From the NCBI GenBank assembly GCA_004764695.1, contig SMSO01000014.1:1855648-1919647 (forward strand): a stretch of DNA of 64,000 nt, written 5' to 3'. The notes below the pieces were generated by a model that made no database searches, was not told where the DNA came from, and worked only from the letters and a program-made list of their open reading frames with translations. Source of the DNA: Schizochytrium sp. TIO01. Lineage: Eukaryota > Protista > Bigyra: Labyrinthulomycetes. Positions 1 through 13,500 of this stretch are shown here, one piece after another. The number at the start of each line of letters is the position of its first letter. Position 1 is the stretch's first letter. Made by a program: the position numbers and the translations under genes.

Positions 1-230
1 ATTCAATCGATCGAAATGGACAGCGCGGCGCTGGTGGGCTCCTGCCTCGTCCGGAGCGAGTGTTCCTCTTCTTCCTTGCCCTCTTTCCTTCGAGGTGCTT
101 CCTGCAGCCCGCACTGCGCTGCTCGCCCTGCTGCCAGCTCCTGGGCGTCTATCACCAAGCGCGGCGCCTCCGTCGGCCTCGCGAGTTCTCCATTCCTCTG
201 TTCTTTCAAGAACCTGAACGAAGATTTGGC

Positions 231-261
<31 letters not shown>

Positions 262-262
262 T
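231..262. repeat. (ATTT)n microsatellite
   Basis: About 8 perfect ATTT units read directly. Confidence 0.95.
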
Positions 263-629
263 ACATGTTACAGTGCGTATGATGAACGTATGTATCCCTA
301 CGATATGATGAACCAGTAAGTACGTGCTTAGTGTTAGTTGAAGGAAAGGAGAAAGGCTTCGAAACTATTTTCAATCTTTTCTAAGCCAAAATTCGATTGG
401 AGCCTCTTTTTTCTTCTTCTTTCTTTCTTTTTTTCGACGATTAAAAAGTACAATCCTAAACTAAATGAGTAAATAAACACAGGCAAAAGGCAAGCAAATA
501 AACACCAGCGGCGAACCTTGTTTCCGAGCGCTACTCATTCTTCACGTAGGAGGAGGAACATTCCCTCATAAAAAGCGAATGAAGAACTTGCGGGAGATTA
601 GCGTGTATAAAATGGAGAAGAGCCTCGCA

Positions 630-870
630 AGAGTAAGAAAGAAAGTAAATAACTAAATAACTCACTAAGTTAGTAAGTAAGTGATTAAGTAAGTAAGTAA
701 GTAAAACTAAGTAAGTAAAGCTAAGTAAGTAAGGGCTGCAATATAGGTAGGTAGGTACCTACTGACTGAATGGCGGCTTAGTAATGAGTGGGTAAATAGA
801 GTCCAGAGTGAGTGAGTGTGAGTGAGTGAGTGAGTGAGTGAGTGAGTGAGTGAGTGAGTGAGTGAGTGGA
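630..870. repeat. Compound tetranucleotide satellite (AAAG/TAAA/TAAG/TAGG/TGAG)
   Basis: Successive 4-mer arrays: (TAAG)n ~671-732, (TAGG)n ~744-757, (TGAG)n ~807-868. Confidence 0.9.
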
Positions 871-2399
871 TCGAAGAGGGACCAGTATAGCGACTCCAGG
901 CCACTTCACATTAGGTGCTAGTTTCTAACGTCTTAGGCGAAGTCCTTTTCCAAGCTCTTCTTCTCTCCCGCTTCTTATGTACCTAGGTATCTATTTCTTT
1001 TATGTTTTGGTTTGTATTTAACTTTTTTATTATTCTTTATGAATAAAATACCCTTTTCCATTGTAACAACGAAGAATGGGATGGAGGAGTTGGCAGAAGC
1101 TAGCTAGCTGGATAGTTAGTAGTTATTATAGGGGTTCGGGTGTCAAGTTCTCTTCTCCTTCCCTGCTAAACTAAGTTATTTTTCAAGGTTGCCTTTGCTG
1201 TATTGAAAGTTCTGCTTTGGCTCCATCCATCAACGGAAGCCGCGAGATAGATGCGAAGTTACGAGCATAATTTGCATTTCGCTGCAGTTCTGCGAGAGGA
1301 GCGGCGGCAATTACGAGTCTAATTTTGAGCCTCACGAGGAACTTGGATGACTGTTTGTGCTGATTGTAGCTGATCATTCGCAATCAGTACCAAGGTTCCT
1401 CAGTGTTTCTGTTCATGGTTTTCATCTTTTACATAATCTTTAGCTATCTTAGCTAAACAACAATTACTATAAAATAATCAAGAAATAGGACTTGTAATTT
1501 ACAATCCTTCGATAAACTCATCAATGATTGCTATTGATTGATAGATTGATTGATTTATTGATTGTTTCATTCAATTTGCCTCTCCGTTTGTAGAGAATCA
1601 ATCAGATTCGCTTGAGAGTACTTAGGTACCTTCCACTTCCTCAAATCTCGATGAGCTCGTTTTCGATTAAACTTGTTCACATTCCTGTTTGTCTGTCTGG
1701 TCTGTCTGAAAGTCTACCTCATCAGCGTGGGATGGTATAAGAGTACCACGTATGTCTTCAAACAAACAATCTGTAAGTCTGTCTGTCTTTTATTCTTGTA
1801 CCTCCCTCCTAGCTAGCTGGACTCTTTCACTCCCAGTTTCAACTAAACACATTCATACGTCACTTTCCTATCTCCGTCTGTCTTTGTGTACCTAGGTAGA
1901 AATGTGGATGTATTCACATATACAGAGAGATACTGGGAGAGATAGCTATCGCAAAACATTCCTGCAATGTAGAAGAATTGATTGATTGATTCATTGATTG
2001 ATTGATACATTCATTTGTGGTTGACTAACTCATCAATTGATTAATTGGAGGTACTGGCTCAACAAACAGAGTTCCATTTCTGAAGACGGGCTTTGCATCT
2101 CGTCCCGGGTCCCTCAAAAAGGAAGACCCTCCCGCGTTCGCTTTTTGAGTGCAGAGATCCAGGTCCATACCATAGCCCAACAAACCCTTCGTCGCAGCCA
2201 CCTTTACCACCACCGCCTTCGCCGCTCTTGGTTTGTTTGTGTACTTATTTATTTATTTATTCATTCATTCATTTATTTGCCTTTTGATTTGTTCATTTCT
2301 CGTTGTTGTCCTTTGCTCTCTTTGCCTTCCACCAGCGTCTCTCCATTCAAGATTCTTTGCCGCTATTGCTCAGTATTGTCCATTTACAACTTCTTCTGT

Positions 2400-2492
2400 T
2401 CTTTTCTACTCTGTTCTGTTCTGTTCTGTACCATTGTGCTGTGCTGTGTTCTATTATGCTATGCTACGCTATGCTGTGCTATGCTATACGCT
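2400..2492. repeat. Compound pentanucleotide repeat (TTCTG -> TGCTG -> TGCTA)
   Basis: Period-5 array with drifting unit: ctgttctgttctgtt...gctgtgctgtg...atgctatgctacgctatgct. Confidence 0.85.
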
Positions 2493-5400
2493 GCTCTTTC
2501 GTTCTTTCTGCCTTTTCCGCGCCACATCGATTCCCGCGCGCACTACGGGAAACGATAGGTGTCCCGTAGCGGCAAGTACCTTCTAAAATGGCGATGTCTT
2601 TTATTTACCTTTAGTATTCAATTTTTATTTTAAAAATCGGCTTGTCTCTAGCAGGTCCTAAGCAGTCATTAGGGAGGAGACTGAGAGAACAAACCAAACC
2701 CTCACAACATTCCTTTCTTTCAGTCTACGTGCCTATTTCCGTGGTTAGAAGTAGTCGCTTCTTCGCCAAATTCACAGAAAGAAACAAAGCGAACTCCCGC
2801 ATTTAACCGGAGACCTTTCTCCCCTCGGGGCAGGCCGAGCTGCCTCGCATTCCTCCTCCCGGTCCAGGTCCCTGTGGATTTGATGGTGCTCAGTCTTATC
2901 GCCTCACGTCGGCTTGGATTGCGGGAATCCACCCATATCTTGCTTGGACAGGGCCTCTCGCTGTCCACAACGGTACGTATACAGAGACACGAAAATCACC
3001 AAAATACATAAAAGAGCGAAGAAACAGAATAAACGACACTCTTGCTTCTCTTTTTTCCTTCCCAAAGAAGTTCAGCTGCTTGGCCTACGACGGCACCTAC
3101 CGTAAACACTACCCCTTTGCCTAGTTTTCTACCCGGCTTCTGAGAAGCGCTTGAATGGATTTTCAGTATCTTACCCCTAATAACTCATAGCAGCGAGACT
3201 ACGGGGACCAGGGACGTCTTCTTTGCGTCTCCTCCATACGTCTGTCTGTCTGCCTCACTTTCCGCTTTTGAGGAGACAGCGTGAAAGGTCCTTCTCCAAG
3301 TTGGGAGGAGAAAAGAAAGAAAGGTGTGAAATCGAAGAATTAGAAGGAAAAAAGAACGAAGAGGGCTATTCTCCCTCCTATTTTAGATTTATTAGTCATG
3401 ATTATATTTTTAAAAACAAATATTTGAGACTCCATTTTTTGAGCTTGAGGCAATCAATCTAAGAAGGGCGCGCGAATTTATTTTAAAAAGAATCAAATTA
3501 CTAATAGACGTAATAGGAGGAAACAACAAACTATTAAACGACACAGCTAGGGAAAGAAAGAAAAAGAAAAAGAAAAAGAACACCTGAACCGCGGAAATTG
3601 GAGATTGGAGAGATTCGGAGGTACAAGTTGAATCAATTGGTCGCTCTTTCTTGCTCATTAGCTTTCAAGTCGATTGATTGAATGATTGAACGATTGCCTC
3701 GAAGCTGAGTTCCAGCCGCTGAGGAGGGTGCCTCCTCGTTCTTCCGCCTCGTGGCTGGCCGCCCGCACGGGTTTGGTGGCGTTGAGAAGACCCGCGGGAC
3801 TTGGCTCAGGCGCCGTGAAGAGCATTTGTTATTGCTCTTTTTCATTCATTCATTCATTCATTCATTCATTCACTTGTTTCATCGACCTTTAAGGAGGTAC
3901 TTATAATAGGTTGAACCACTTCATAAAAAGAGAGGTTTCCGCAGAAGACGAAGATGAAGATGGATGTGGATGGTGGATACGCTAAGTCAGGTTCATTTGA
4001 TCGTGGATGGAATGAATGAATGAATGAATGACTTCACAAGAGCCTACGAAACGGCGACGGAGAGGGAGAGCATCGAAACTTTTGGTGCTCTTTCAGCCTC
4101 TGAGTACTTACGTACTTACCTAGCTAGGTGCTGCTGGAGTTTGATTGACAGCAAGCAAGAGTTCTTCTTTGAGGACAATCAATCCCATTTTCCAAGTGGA
4201 AAGTGCTTCGATTTACTCCCTTCACCTGTTCTACCCTCAGGTACCTTACCTATCGATGATTCTTCTTCTTCGTCGCATTAGTCTCCTTCAGTTAAAGGAA
4301 AGTGTTTCTTTAATAAACGATGCTTTCCTTTTAAAAATGTTTTATTAATTAATTTAATTTAAAAAACAATTAAAGATAAAGGTCTGGGAAAAGGATTTTG
4401 TTTCCTGAAGCACCCATATAAAAATCGTCCGTGACAATCTTGAACTCGAACCCACCCGAGGATTGTATGCATGTCATGCCGACTGACTGATTGACTGCTT
4501 GACTTATTATTGACTGACTTCGTGGTGGCAGGCCACGGAGGGCTGGAGGTCGACGGGAAGTCCTCCAGTTTATGAGGATCCCAGAGCAGGTAAGTCAGCC
4601 TGAGCTCAGTCTCGCTACTTGAACAAGATGTGGATTATGGAGTCCTGCGGATTGAGATGGACTTCTTCTATGTCACAAATAGTCTCCTTTTAAATGAAGA
4701 GTTTATAAAAACCAGTAATGATAAATAAACATACATATTTATATACCCCAATAAAACCTTTTTTCATCGATGATTTATGAAACATTTTAAAAGTTATAAA
4801 TAAAATGTCTTTTCCCTCTCAAGCACAATAAATGAAGAGGATGATGGAACTGGGATGAAACGATCTTCGCCTTCTGCTCGCTGCACATTCGTTGTGCTCC
4901 AACTCGAGCTGGGCACCGACCTGATCTCGCGGTAGTTGCTGCTGCTGTTGCTGTTCTTGCTGCTCGCCGAAGGCCGGCGGCCCCGCTAGTCGAGCCTTGC
5001 TTCGATGATACCGGCCAGCGCCTTGGAGGTTCGCGCGGCTGACACGGGGACCTGACTCAGGTCTCGCGAAATCAATGCAGTGGTTCGCGCAGTCAGTCCC
5101 TTGAGACGCCTGAGGAGCGCAGGCGAGCCAGCTTCTGGGTACGCAAGGTTCGCGCTCGCGGCGCGGATGGGGTTGATGGCCGCACAGATGGCAGGCCAGC
5201 GGGGAGTCCTTCTTCCTCCGCGATGGAAAGCAACAAGGAGCGGCCGTGATAGGGCCCCCGATTTCATGTCTCTGCGAGAACTGTATACAATTACCCATAA
5301 TTAAGTGGTTTTCATCATGTTCGAAGACAAGAAAAGGGGACTCGCAAGGCATAATCCATGTTCATTTTTGATGGCAGAAGAAAGAATGCGAGTCATCGAC

Positions 5401-7736
5401 GCAATCTCGAAAACCGATTGCTACAGACTCAAGCACCCAATCACAGCTTACGCCGCGCGGGAAGCCGAACTTGGCTGACTAACTCACGAGTTCTCCTCCC
5501 CAAAGAAAGAAAGAATATGGGCAAATGGCTGACAGACTGACTTGACAGGCAAAACGAAAGCCAATTTCCGTCTCTTCCCTTTTTCAAGTTCGCCATCGAG
5601 TGGACTCGCCAGCCAGGTCGACTCCCTCCACTCCACGCCTTTGCGAACGGAGGCACTGATCGTAACGCTGAAAACTTCGGTTATCTTCCTGTGTAATCTC
5701 AGCGCTCCACCAAGGCTGCCTTGCCTCCCCGGCGAGCGAGTCAAGCTGGGCCAGAGGCTCGGACTTCTTGATTGAACCAAATTCCTGTCACAAAGCGCTC
5801 TCCCTGGTACAGAAATCATGCACCGTCTTTGCCTCGCTTCTGCACCAAGCCAAGCCAAGCCAAGCCTAGCTAGACAAGCATGCCTGGAGCGTTGTCAACG
5901 GCCAGCAAGTGCCTCGACACGACCACACTCCCAAGAATATATAAATAATCCAACTCCACCGAAGAGTTTACCACGTCCAAAATCCAAGCACTTGTACACT
6001 AGGTCCACTGTCTCCACCGAAGAGGGCCTTCGAAGAAGCGAAGCAACGAGCAAGTTTTACGAGGTAGCAAGGCACGCAGGCAACTTGACACGCACGCACT
6101 CTCATCCTAGTCCTATACATTTACACATTTCTTTATTATTTATTCATCGCTCTTCGTAGTTCCCCTGGAATTCGGGGTACGGCTTCTCTCGACTTTCCTT
6201 TGGGCCAGGCAGCCCCTTCTCTCGGGGCCCCGCGCAGCGCTTCTCCAGTCCACGCTCTTGCTCTACAGTCTACAGCAGAGCGCTTGCTTGCTTGCTTGCT
6301 TGCATTTCCTGCGTACGTTCACAGCTGCGTCCTCGCGTTCCCAGGCTTGTGACTCGTGGCCAGACGGCGCGAGAGCCCTGGCAAGAGGTCCCACCCGCTT
6401 GCCCGCGATAGGCAGTCGTGCCGGAGCTCGAGAAAGACGCCAACTCCTCCGCTGCGTTGGCTTTGTTCGTCACACTTGTGTGTCACGAAGCTGGCCGACT
6501 CGCTCCGCCTAACTCCATCGCGACTCGCTCTTTCGGAGCAGGCCCCGAGCACACTGCCGGCGCCACAGGCATCCACGGCAGCTCGCGAGGTTGCTCCCTG
6601 CCGGTTCCCAAAGAAGCCTGCGCGACCTCGCCGCTTGCCGGCACGTCCTCCTGCGAAGAGGCGGCCAAGTCCAAGTTCCGCACGGTCCCCGAGTTCTTCG
6701 AAGTTCTTGGCGCTCTTGGAGTGAAAGAAATCGATCCTCTGTCTCTTTTTCATTCGGCCCAAACATGGGAAACGAAGAAAATATGGGAAACGAAGAAACT
6801 CAGAAAGAACGTTCGGAAAGAACGTGAAGAGAGAGAAAGGCACCGAGAGCGAACGATAGACACCGCCTTCTGCATCCATGCAGACATAAACATCGTTATT
6901 ACTAGCGCATGATGGAGCCCTGGTTGTTCTTCGGCTGAGTTTTTTCTGGTTTCTTTGCATTTATTTGTTTATTTATTGCCAACTTTCGATCATCGTCACA
7001 CTTCCTTAGCCCTCGTTTACTCTAGCTGAGGATAGAATACTCCTACCGTGTCTCGATGTTTTGGGCTCTTTCGCTTTAGTCATTTTGTATTTTGTTCACT
7101 TTTTCTGCTTCAAGAAAAGGGCAAAAGGGGTTTGATGTTAAAGTATTTTAAATAAAAAGTAAAAACGTTTTTAAACTAAAAGACGAACTGGTAGTAAAAG
7201 GATTAGAAGACAGGAATGTTGGCTTTGGAAACGTTGAAAGAAATTGATTACATTTAAAATTTATAATAGATAAATAAAAGAAAAAGAAAAAAAGCCATAG
7301 GTCGCTGAGAAAGAGGAAAAAGAAACTCCGACGGTTCACACTTGTGTTTCGCACATTCTCATGATAGGGATGATCAACATATATTGATCAATGTCTGTCA
7401 CTCTTTGCTACTACCCTCTTCAACAAGTTCGCATCGAATTGCGGAATTGGGCCCAGAAGACCACTTCGCTCAGCGGCAAGAACTGCGAGGTGGCGTGCTG
7501 CACGACCACCTGCCGACCCTGGGTCGGAGGGTCGTGGAGATCACAGCACAGGAGCTCGGACGGATGCCTTGTGTCAGCCTCTGGTACTCTTACTTACACC
7601 TTACTGACTTGATCAACTTGCCAGTAGGAATGGCCAAAGCTCGAGAACCTAATGCAAAGTTATATATATATATACATATATGTCTACATATATTGAGAGA
7701 AACATGTACTCCAGGCAAACAAACGTTGCCAAAACC

Positions 7737-8215
7737 TGGCTTGCCCTAAACTGCGTTTGCAGAAATACATTTCCAGACATTGCATTGGAGACTGAGCTCG
7801 GGGTCTCTTCTATTGCAAGCAACTAAATATTAGCAGCTGCTGAATGATGAAATACGCGATCCTGCATCCATCAATGCAAAACTAGCGTCCTTCACAGCGT
7901 AGGTTTCAGAAGAATGACGGTCAACTCCTCACTTTTGTTTCTAGGCTTTGATGAAATAAATAAAGGCATTATTCAGCCGAAAGAAAGGAAAGTGCCCTGC
8001 TTCGAAATTCTGCAGCTCGTTCCTTCCAGACCGCATTGCATTTTAATCCATCGCAGTGCATACGCATACAGCGCAGCACGTACACTTCATTGTGCCTTTC
8101 ACATCCTGATCAACCTCGAGCAACCAGTCAAAGCATTGTCGGTTGCTTTTAATTGTTTCACAGGCAAACAATGTCAAAACTGGACGGCAAGTCCAGGAAA
8201 AACGTTGATCGATTG
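7737..8215 (+). mobile_element. Decayed Ty3/gypsy-type pol fragment (RT thumb/connection to RNase H)
   Basis: WLALNCVCRNTFPDIA (7737-7784) resembles FLGxxNyyRrFIPdfA. It is followed on the same strand, at plausible spacing, by GFDEINKGIIQP..P.F...LI..SAYAY.A...EQPVKALSVAF...KQCQNWT, resembling the gypsy RT_RNaseH consensus (AFeelK..l...PvL..PdF...l.tDAS..g.gavL...e.Pvay.S..l...q.NW/Y). Frame-broken; catalytic DAS not preserved. Confidence 0.45.
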
Positions 8216-9280
8216 GCTTCCCAAAAGTCGAAGCTTTCGACACTCTTCATTCTCGCGACTCGGTCTGTCAGTTGGCGCTTGCAATGTGTGCAGGCAAGCA
8301 AACGGAGGAACTGAAGCTACTACGACGTGGCAAATGAATGAACGAGAGCTCGCGAAGGGTTGTCGACCTCGGGCCGACTGACGCTGCCGAGGTACCCTAC
8401 TACTGCACGGGCCCTCGTCGGAGAGGTCCTGGTAGCAAACCTTCCTTGTGCCCGAGCCGTCTCCGTGCTCTTTTGTATGTATGCTCTCTCTTGCCCTGTT
8501 TTGCAGTCAATTTACTTTTCATTTTGTTTAATGAATTAAAACTTAAGTTTTACAGTAGAATAGTAAAAGTTTATTCTCTTAACAAAAAGTGCAGCACGTG
8601 GATGCAACAAACCCATCACAGCTACATAGGTGCACCTAGCTAGGTCCCATATAGGAAATACGAGCCCTCGTTTATCTGCGTCCCTTTATCATTTCCTTTT
8701 TCCTGATTTCTTCTTTATCTGGGCAGCTCTTCTTATTTCTAGCTTAGTATTGGCAGTGCAAAACAATTTATTTTACCATTTTAAATTAATTGTTGAAATT
8801 AGTTGATTTTTATTTTATTTTAAAAGAGCATGTGCTGCAATGATGGTCACCTCTGCACACGTTTTCGAAGCTGATTTCGGAGGAGTTGGTTTTCCTAAGT
8901 GTTGCGTTAAAGCGGAACTTGCGAAAGCTGCTCGGTTCGCTGATTTTGGTGTGTTTCACCACTCGCAAAGAGTGTCGTCTTTCAAGCAGTATGTGTGTGG
9001 GCTACGTGTTTAATGTGTACTCCAAAGTACTGAAACCATCACCTTTCCATTTTCCTTCTCAACGACAAACAAAAATGTGAGGAAAGCTGCGCTGCAGATC
9101 TGCGAAACCAACCTATCGTCTGGTGGGCCACGCACGCATTACGCAGATAACGTTAGAACGCAATGCTTCACCCTCGCGCCTCCACAAAACACTTTACTCC
9201 GAACAAAACAAGACCCTCTGCATGTGACACTAGAATGACTGAGTGCTGCAGCTTTCACACATAGCCTGGAGAAGCCCATA

Positions 9281-9330
9281 GTTCTTGTTCTTGTTCTTGT
9301 TCTTGTTCTTGTTCTTGTTCTTGTTCTTGT
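9281..9330. repeat. (GTTCTT)8 hexanucleotide microsatellite
   Basis: Perfect array read directly. Confidence 0.95.
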
Positions 9331-9607
9331 CCCTGTTGTTAATCCCCTTGCATGGATTATACACCTAAAACAAATACACATCCATCTGCCTCTTCGCTAG
9401 CAATTAAGTAGATAGTGCTATTGTAGGCTACACTAGAACTGTTGTTGGTGCACAACTTTTCGAAAATGAATTTGGAAAATAGGTGGCGTCTCGTCCATGT
9501 GCAGGGTGCAATGAAAGCTCCATACCGCGGACAGAGTTGGTGCCTTTGTGGGTGAGGCTAGCAGAGCGTGAACGACGTACCCGGACAATCGCGTACAAAT
9601 GGAAAGC

Positions 9608-9655
9608 CTCTCTTATAAGTAAGGTCACTAAGTCTCTCTTATAGGTAAGGTCACT
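9608..9655. repeat. 22-bp direct duplication, 26-bp period
   Basis: ctctcttataagtaaggtcact (9608-9629) vs ctctcttataggtaaggtcact (9634-9655), one mismatch. Confidence 0.9.
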
Positions 9656-10429
9656 CATTCAGGACATGCATATGCTATATTAGGAAAGCACAAGAGATCT
9701 GATCTGAGCTTATTATTATTAGTAAACGGTTCACAGTAGTGAGTCAGCGGGGAAGAAAAGATGAACTTTGCAAGTGCTTTTTTTTTCTTTCCTTTTTTTC
9801 ACTTATTTTATTTATTTATTTATTTATTTATTTATTAAATAAATAAAAGATACGCAGATTGATCTTAATTGAAATAAATATGTGCACTGCTTTGATTATG
9901 ATCTCTGGAGTGCGCTGCCGAGGAAGGCCTGAGACAGGCTGGTGCCGGAAAATGGACTATATACATTTGACTAAGCATCAACGCTCGAGCCTTCTAGTAT
10001 CGAAGCGAACCGAAGGTACCATACGCACATGTCCAGATCGCGAAAGTGGAGCGAGCAATTCATATGCAGCGCTATAATTCGTTTTCCTCCAAAAGCAACC
10101 ACTAAAAAGAGCGACGTGAAAGTTTGAATAAAAGCAGGCTCCAAAAAAAGAGCGAGGAGGAAGACGACCGACGAAGTCATTTCTCTTTATAAACATTTCT
10201 CTTATATAATTAAATATTATTTTACTTTTACTTTTATTTTAGAATATTAGTATTACAAACAAGCACCTTAATCTTATTATTATTTATTTTTTAGTTTCTG
10301 GAATACGTAACGTGACATTTCTTTTTTTACGACTTTAAAAATGTTTTTAAAACACTTCGTGCAACAATATATAGTGGTTTTCATAAGTGAGTCCACTTTC
10401 CCCCACAGCGGCGAAGGCCAGCAAAACTC

Positions 10430-10565
10430 TAAGAAGTTGATCTCGCCCTTTGTGAGCCTACATTTAGTAAAAACTCTTTTAAAGCAAGAAGTGCAATTAC
10501 TCGTGGCGAAGAAGACTTTCATTGACCTTCGAGTGCAGCCAACCAATACTTGGAGGATATTGGAG
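10430..10565 (-). mobile_element. Possible decayed gypsy RT C-terminal fragment
   Basis: NILQVL..C.R..MKV...KCRLTKGEINFLEF resembles hL..Vl.rlr..gl.l...KC.F...ev.FLGf. Needs an extra ~12-aa gap to align. Confidence 0.25.
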
Positions 10566-13500
10566 GAGAAGCAACGCACCAGGCGCTGACATAGCCTTAT
10601 CTGTCTCTTTCATTACACGCATTAGCTTCAATCCCTTTTTATGCATATGCTTTACTTGGAAAATTGTAGCTAACATTTTAAAAGCGCAATCAGGAGGATT
10701 GGGCTACCAGTGGCATGTAGGACAACAGATAGCAAGCAACCAAGTTGTCGCGAATCTTCATTTCGAATCAACTGTGCTATGGGTGTACGCTCCTTATTTA
10801 TAAATAGGGAAGCATTACAGACCAAAGATCGTGATCTGCACTAAACCATGTTGTATTCGGGGCATCTGTTTTACTCGCAAGTCGTAGCCGTGCAATGTGA
10901 AAGAACCAGAGCCCAACAAGAATGACAGAATGTGTGCAAGTCATAAAAAATACCTAACATAAATGATAGGCATGATGAAATAAGTAGCAAAGTCCACAAG
11001 ATTGTGATTACATGTTGAACAGGCGAACTCATATGAAAAACAGAAAAAGTAAAAACGTGCTTGCTTACTTTCTTGGTTGCCAAATTGCCTTTAGAACACT
11101 ATTTCATTTTCCTATAGCTTTTAAGACTCCCAGTATTAAACTTAACGTGTTTGAGAACAAGCTCACAACGTCATCGTTCACTTCGTCCTTGCCGCACCTG
11201 TTTCTTGTTGCTGTTTTCTTGTTGCTGTTGTTGTTGTTTGCAGCACGTGGAGCCGGATAACCACCATCCATACATTCTGGCCGTGTAAGCTTCCACAATC
11301 TTCAACAAAATGTTTTCCATCTCACAAACTTATGAAGTAGAAACTCTTTTCTTTTCTTTTCTTTTTCTTTTCCGAATTAGAGGATTGTCATTCTTCTAAT
11401 AAATCAATTCTTATAATTTAAAAAGAAATTACAAAATAGTCTCGACACTATTACGCTAGGCTTTAATTAGGCCTCTCCTATGATACTAAATCTTCAAAAT
11501 TGGAACAAGCACTTGTGGAAATGAGTACTTGGAAGTAGCAATTTAAAAAAGCGAACAAGGCGACCATAAAACTGCGACGCTACCTCAAATTGCAATTTCC
11601 AGCGCTCCTGAGGCAGATCCCATCTCAAACAACTGATTTCATGCGCCTCTCTCTCGTCAGCCGCCTATTTGAACTCACTGAATCAACCCGCTATCCTTTT
11701 TAGGTTCGAATAAACGCTGATTCCTACCTTGGTACTGCTGCCTCGCTGCACGTCCCTTGGCCCGCGCTGCGCGCTTCTTTGTTTGACGCTGAGTTCGTAT
11801 TATTATAGCAGAATAGTATTATTCGAGTTCTTCCCCCTTTTTTTTCTTTTTTTAAATTAAAAAGATCAATTTATTTTCATCGTCAAATTTGTAGGCTCCT
11901 TTTAATCAAATCGATTGTACTCAGTTTCCAGTTTTTTATTTTTAAAATAAATTACCCTTGTATGAATGGATGACCGCAAGTAGGACAGGGAAAAGCGGTA
12001 CAGGCAGCGTGGCCATGGGGAGGCATTGGTTGTTTCCAGATAACAAAACGCAGTATCACTGCTGCCTCAGGGTCCTAACTTTATGATATCTATGCCTTAA
12101 GATGCTGATTAAGTGTCGAGTCTAGCTTTGGGAGAGGCTACTCTTCTTGAAGATGTCGGTGTTCCCATGGGCTATATATCCTCTATACCAGTCTCCTATT
12201 CTTTTCCTTCTCTTTCTTTGATTCACATAGCGAGTTCAACAGTCGAGATGTAAAAGAACTCGGGTGTGGACTGAGCAATTGTTGGTGTTCCTGTGCCTTC
12301 CAGAGAAACGTTGGATTGATCTTCGTTCGGAAGCGGCAAGTCACAGCTCGAGCCCCGCAACCGAATGGTTTCCGATGAATGGTGACCTTTTGGCTTGTCT
12401 GAAAACTACTGAGCAAATAAAATGAATAAATTAAAACTCAATGCCTGTAGGTATAATGACGGAGTGGCGAAAGCTCTACCCATCTGCACTCATACATATA
12501 CACACACGCTCTTCGCGCATTCATTCTACTCACGGAATGCTTTGAAAAATCACTTGCACCCACTGGGAAGACCTTTAAAACCACGCCTTCCACTGCGACT
12601 TCACTGACTATGATGAGCTTTTAGATCTACACATTTGCTTAGATTTTAAGAGTTTTCAGAAAAACTTGTGTAGTTTGTGGATTCCATAATGAAGACGGAT
12701 GGGAAAAGACAACATATCAACTTAGATGCTTAAAGTTTTTTGCTCAACAAATCGCTCATTTATTTAATCCAATGACATACAGCTCTCACAAGGCAGAATA
12801 GCGCTTCCTTCGAGCGAGCATTTAATTGATAATCTTCAACTGTTTCTATAGTAGAGACGCGATCAAAACGTGAACTTTCAACAGCGTAGCTGGAACCTCG
12901 AACCCTGCACAGCTTCAGACGAGGCCTCGAGTCCATTTTTTTATTTTTTATTTTTTTAGTTTCCATTTTTCTTGTTAGTTTGTACACCTTGTGGTGGTAC
13001 TACCTAGCATGATTAATGCTGTACGCCTAATTTTGATATTTGTGCAGTGACTTTTAGATAAAAGGGCTGCACATCCACTCATTCTCGCCGTGTATTCGAA
13101 GCACCGTCGAGCGTTCAAGTGACTTTTACTCGTCCAGGACTTAGCCACAGCCTCCGCAAACATCTTCGATCTTCCTCAAAGTTCATGTTTGCTTGTTTGT
13201 CTGTTTGTTCATTTTCTGCGCAACTACTGCTACCGCCCTCGATTTGCAGAAGTGGCCAAACTTTTGAGTGAAGAATCTGTTTTTTTTTTTTTGGCGCAAA
13301 GATACTCATGCATTACACGAGTCGCACCATAATGATGCCTGCTTGCTTCTGACCTTAGAGGGCTCGCGCAATTTGCTTTTCTATGCGAAGAAGAAAAAGA
13401 ATAAAATAGAAATTTGGATACATCAAATTTAGGTTACGAGCACAATCCATTTAGCCTATTTTCAAGGGCGCATTTGCCAGTGTTGCGAGTTCAAAGAGCG

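Noticed and set aside
16-282. ATG-initiated 88-aa ORF with GC3-rich 5' part
   Set aside because: No family signal and the 3' end runs through the ATTT microsatellite; cannot be supported as a gene.
4420-4462. Minus-strand GGTTCGAG B-box-like motif followed by GTCACGGACG and a T-run, reminiscent of a tRNA 3' end
   Set aside because: No matching acceptor 5' strand, D arm or anticodon arm; a cloverleaf cannot be folded.
6258-6960. Cluster of overlapping ORFs up to 213 aa
   Set aside because: GC-rich island with ORFs in several frames, mostly non-ATG starts, no recognisable domain; one end is a purine-rich tandem repeat.
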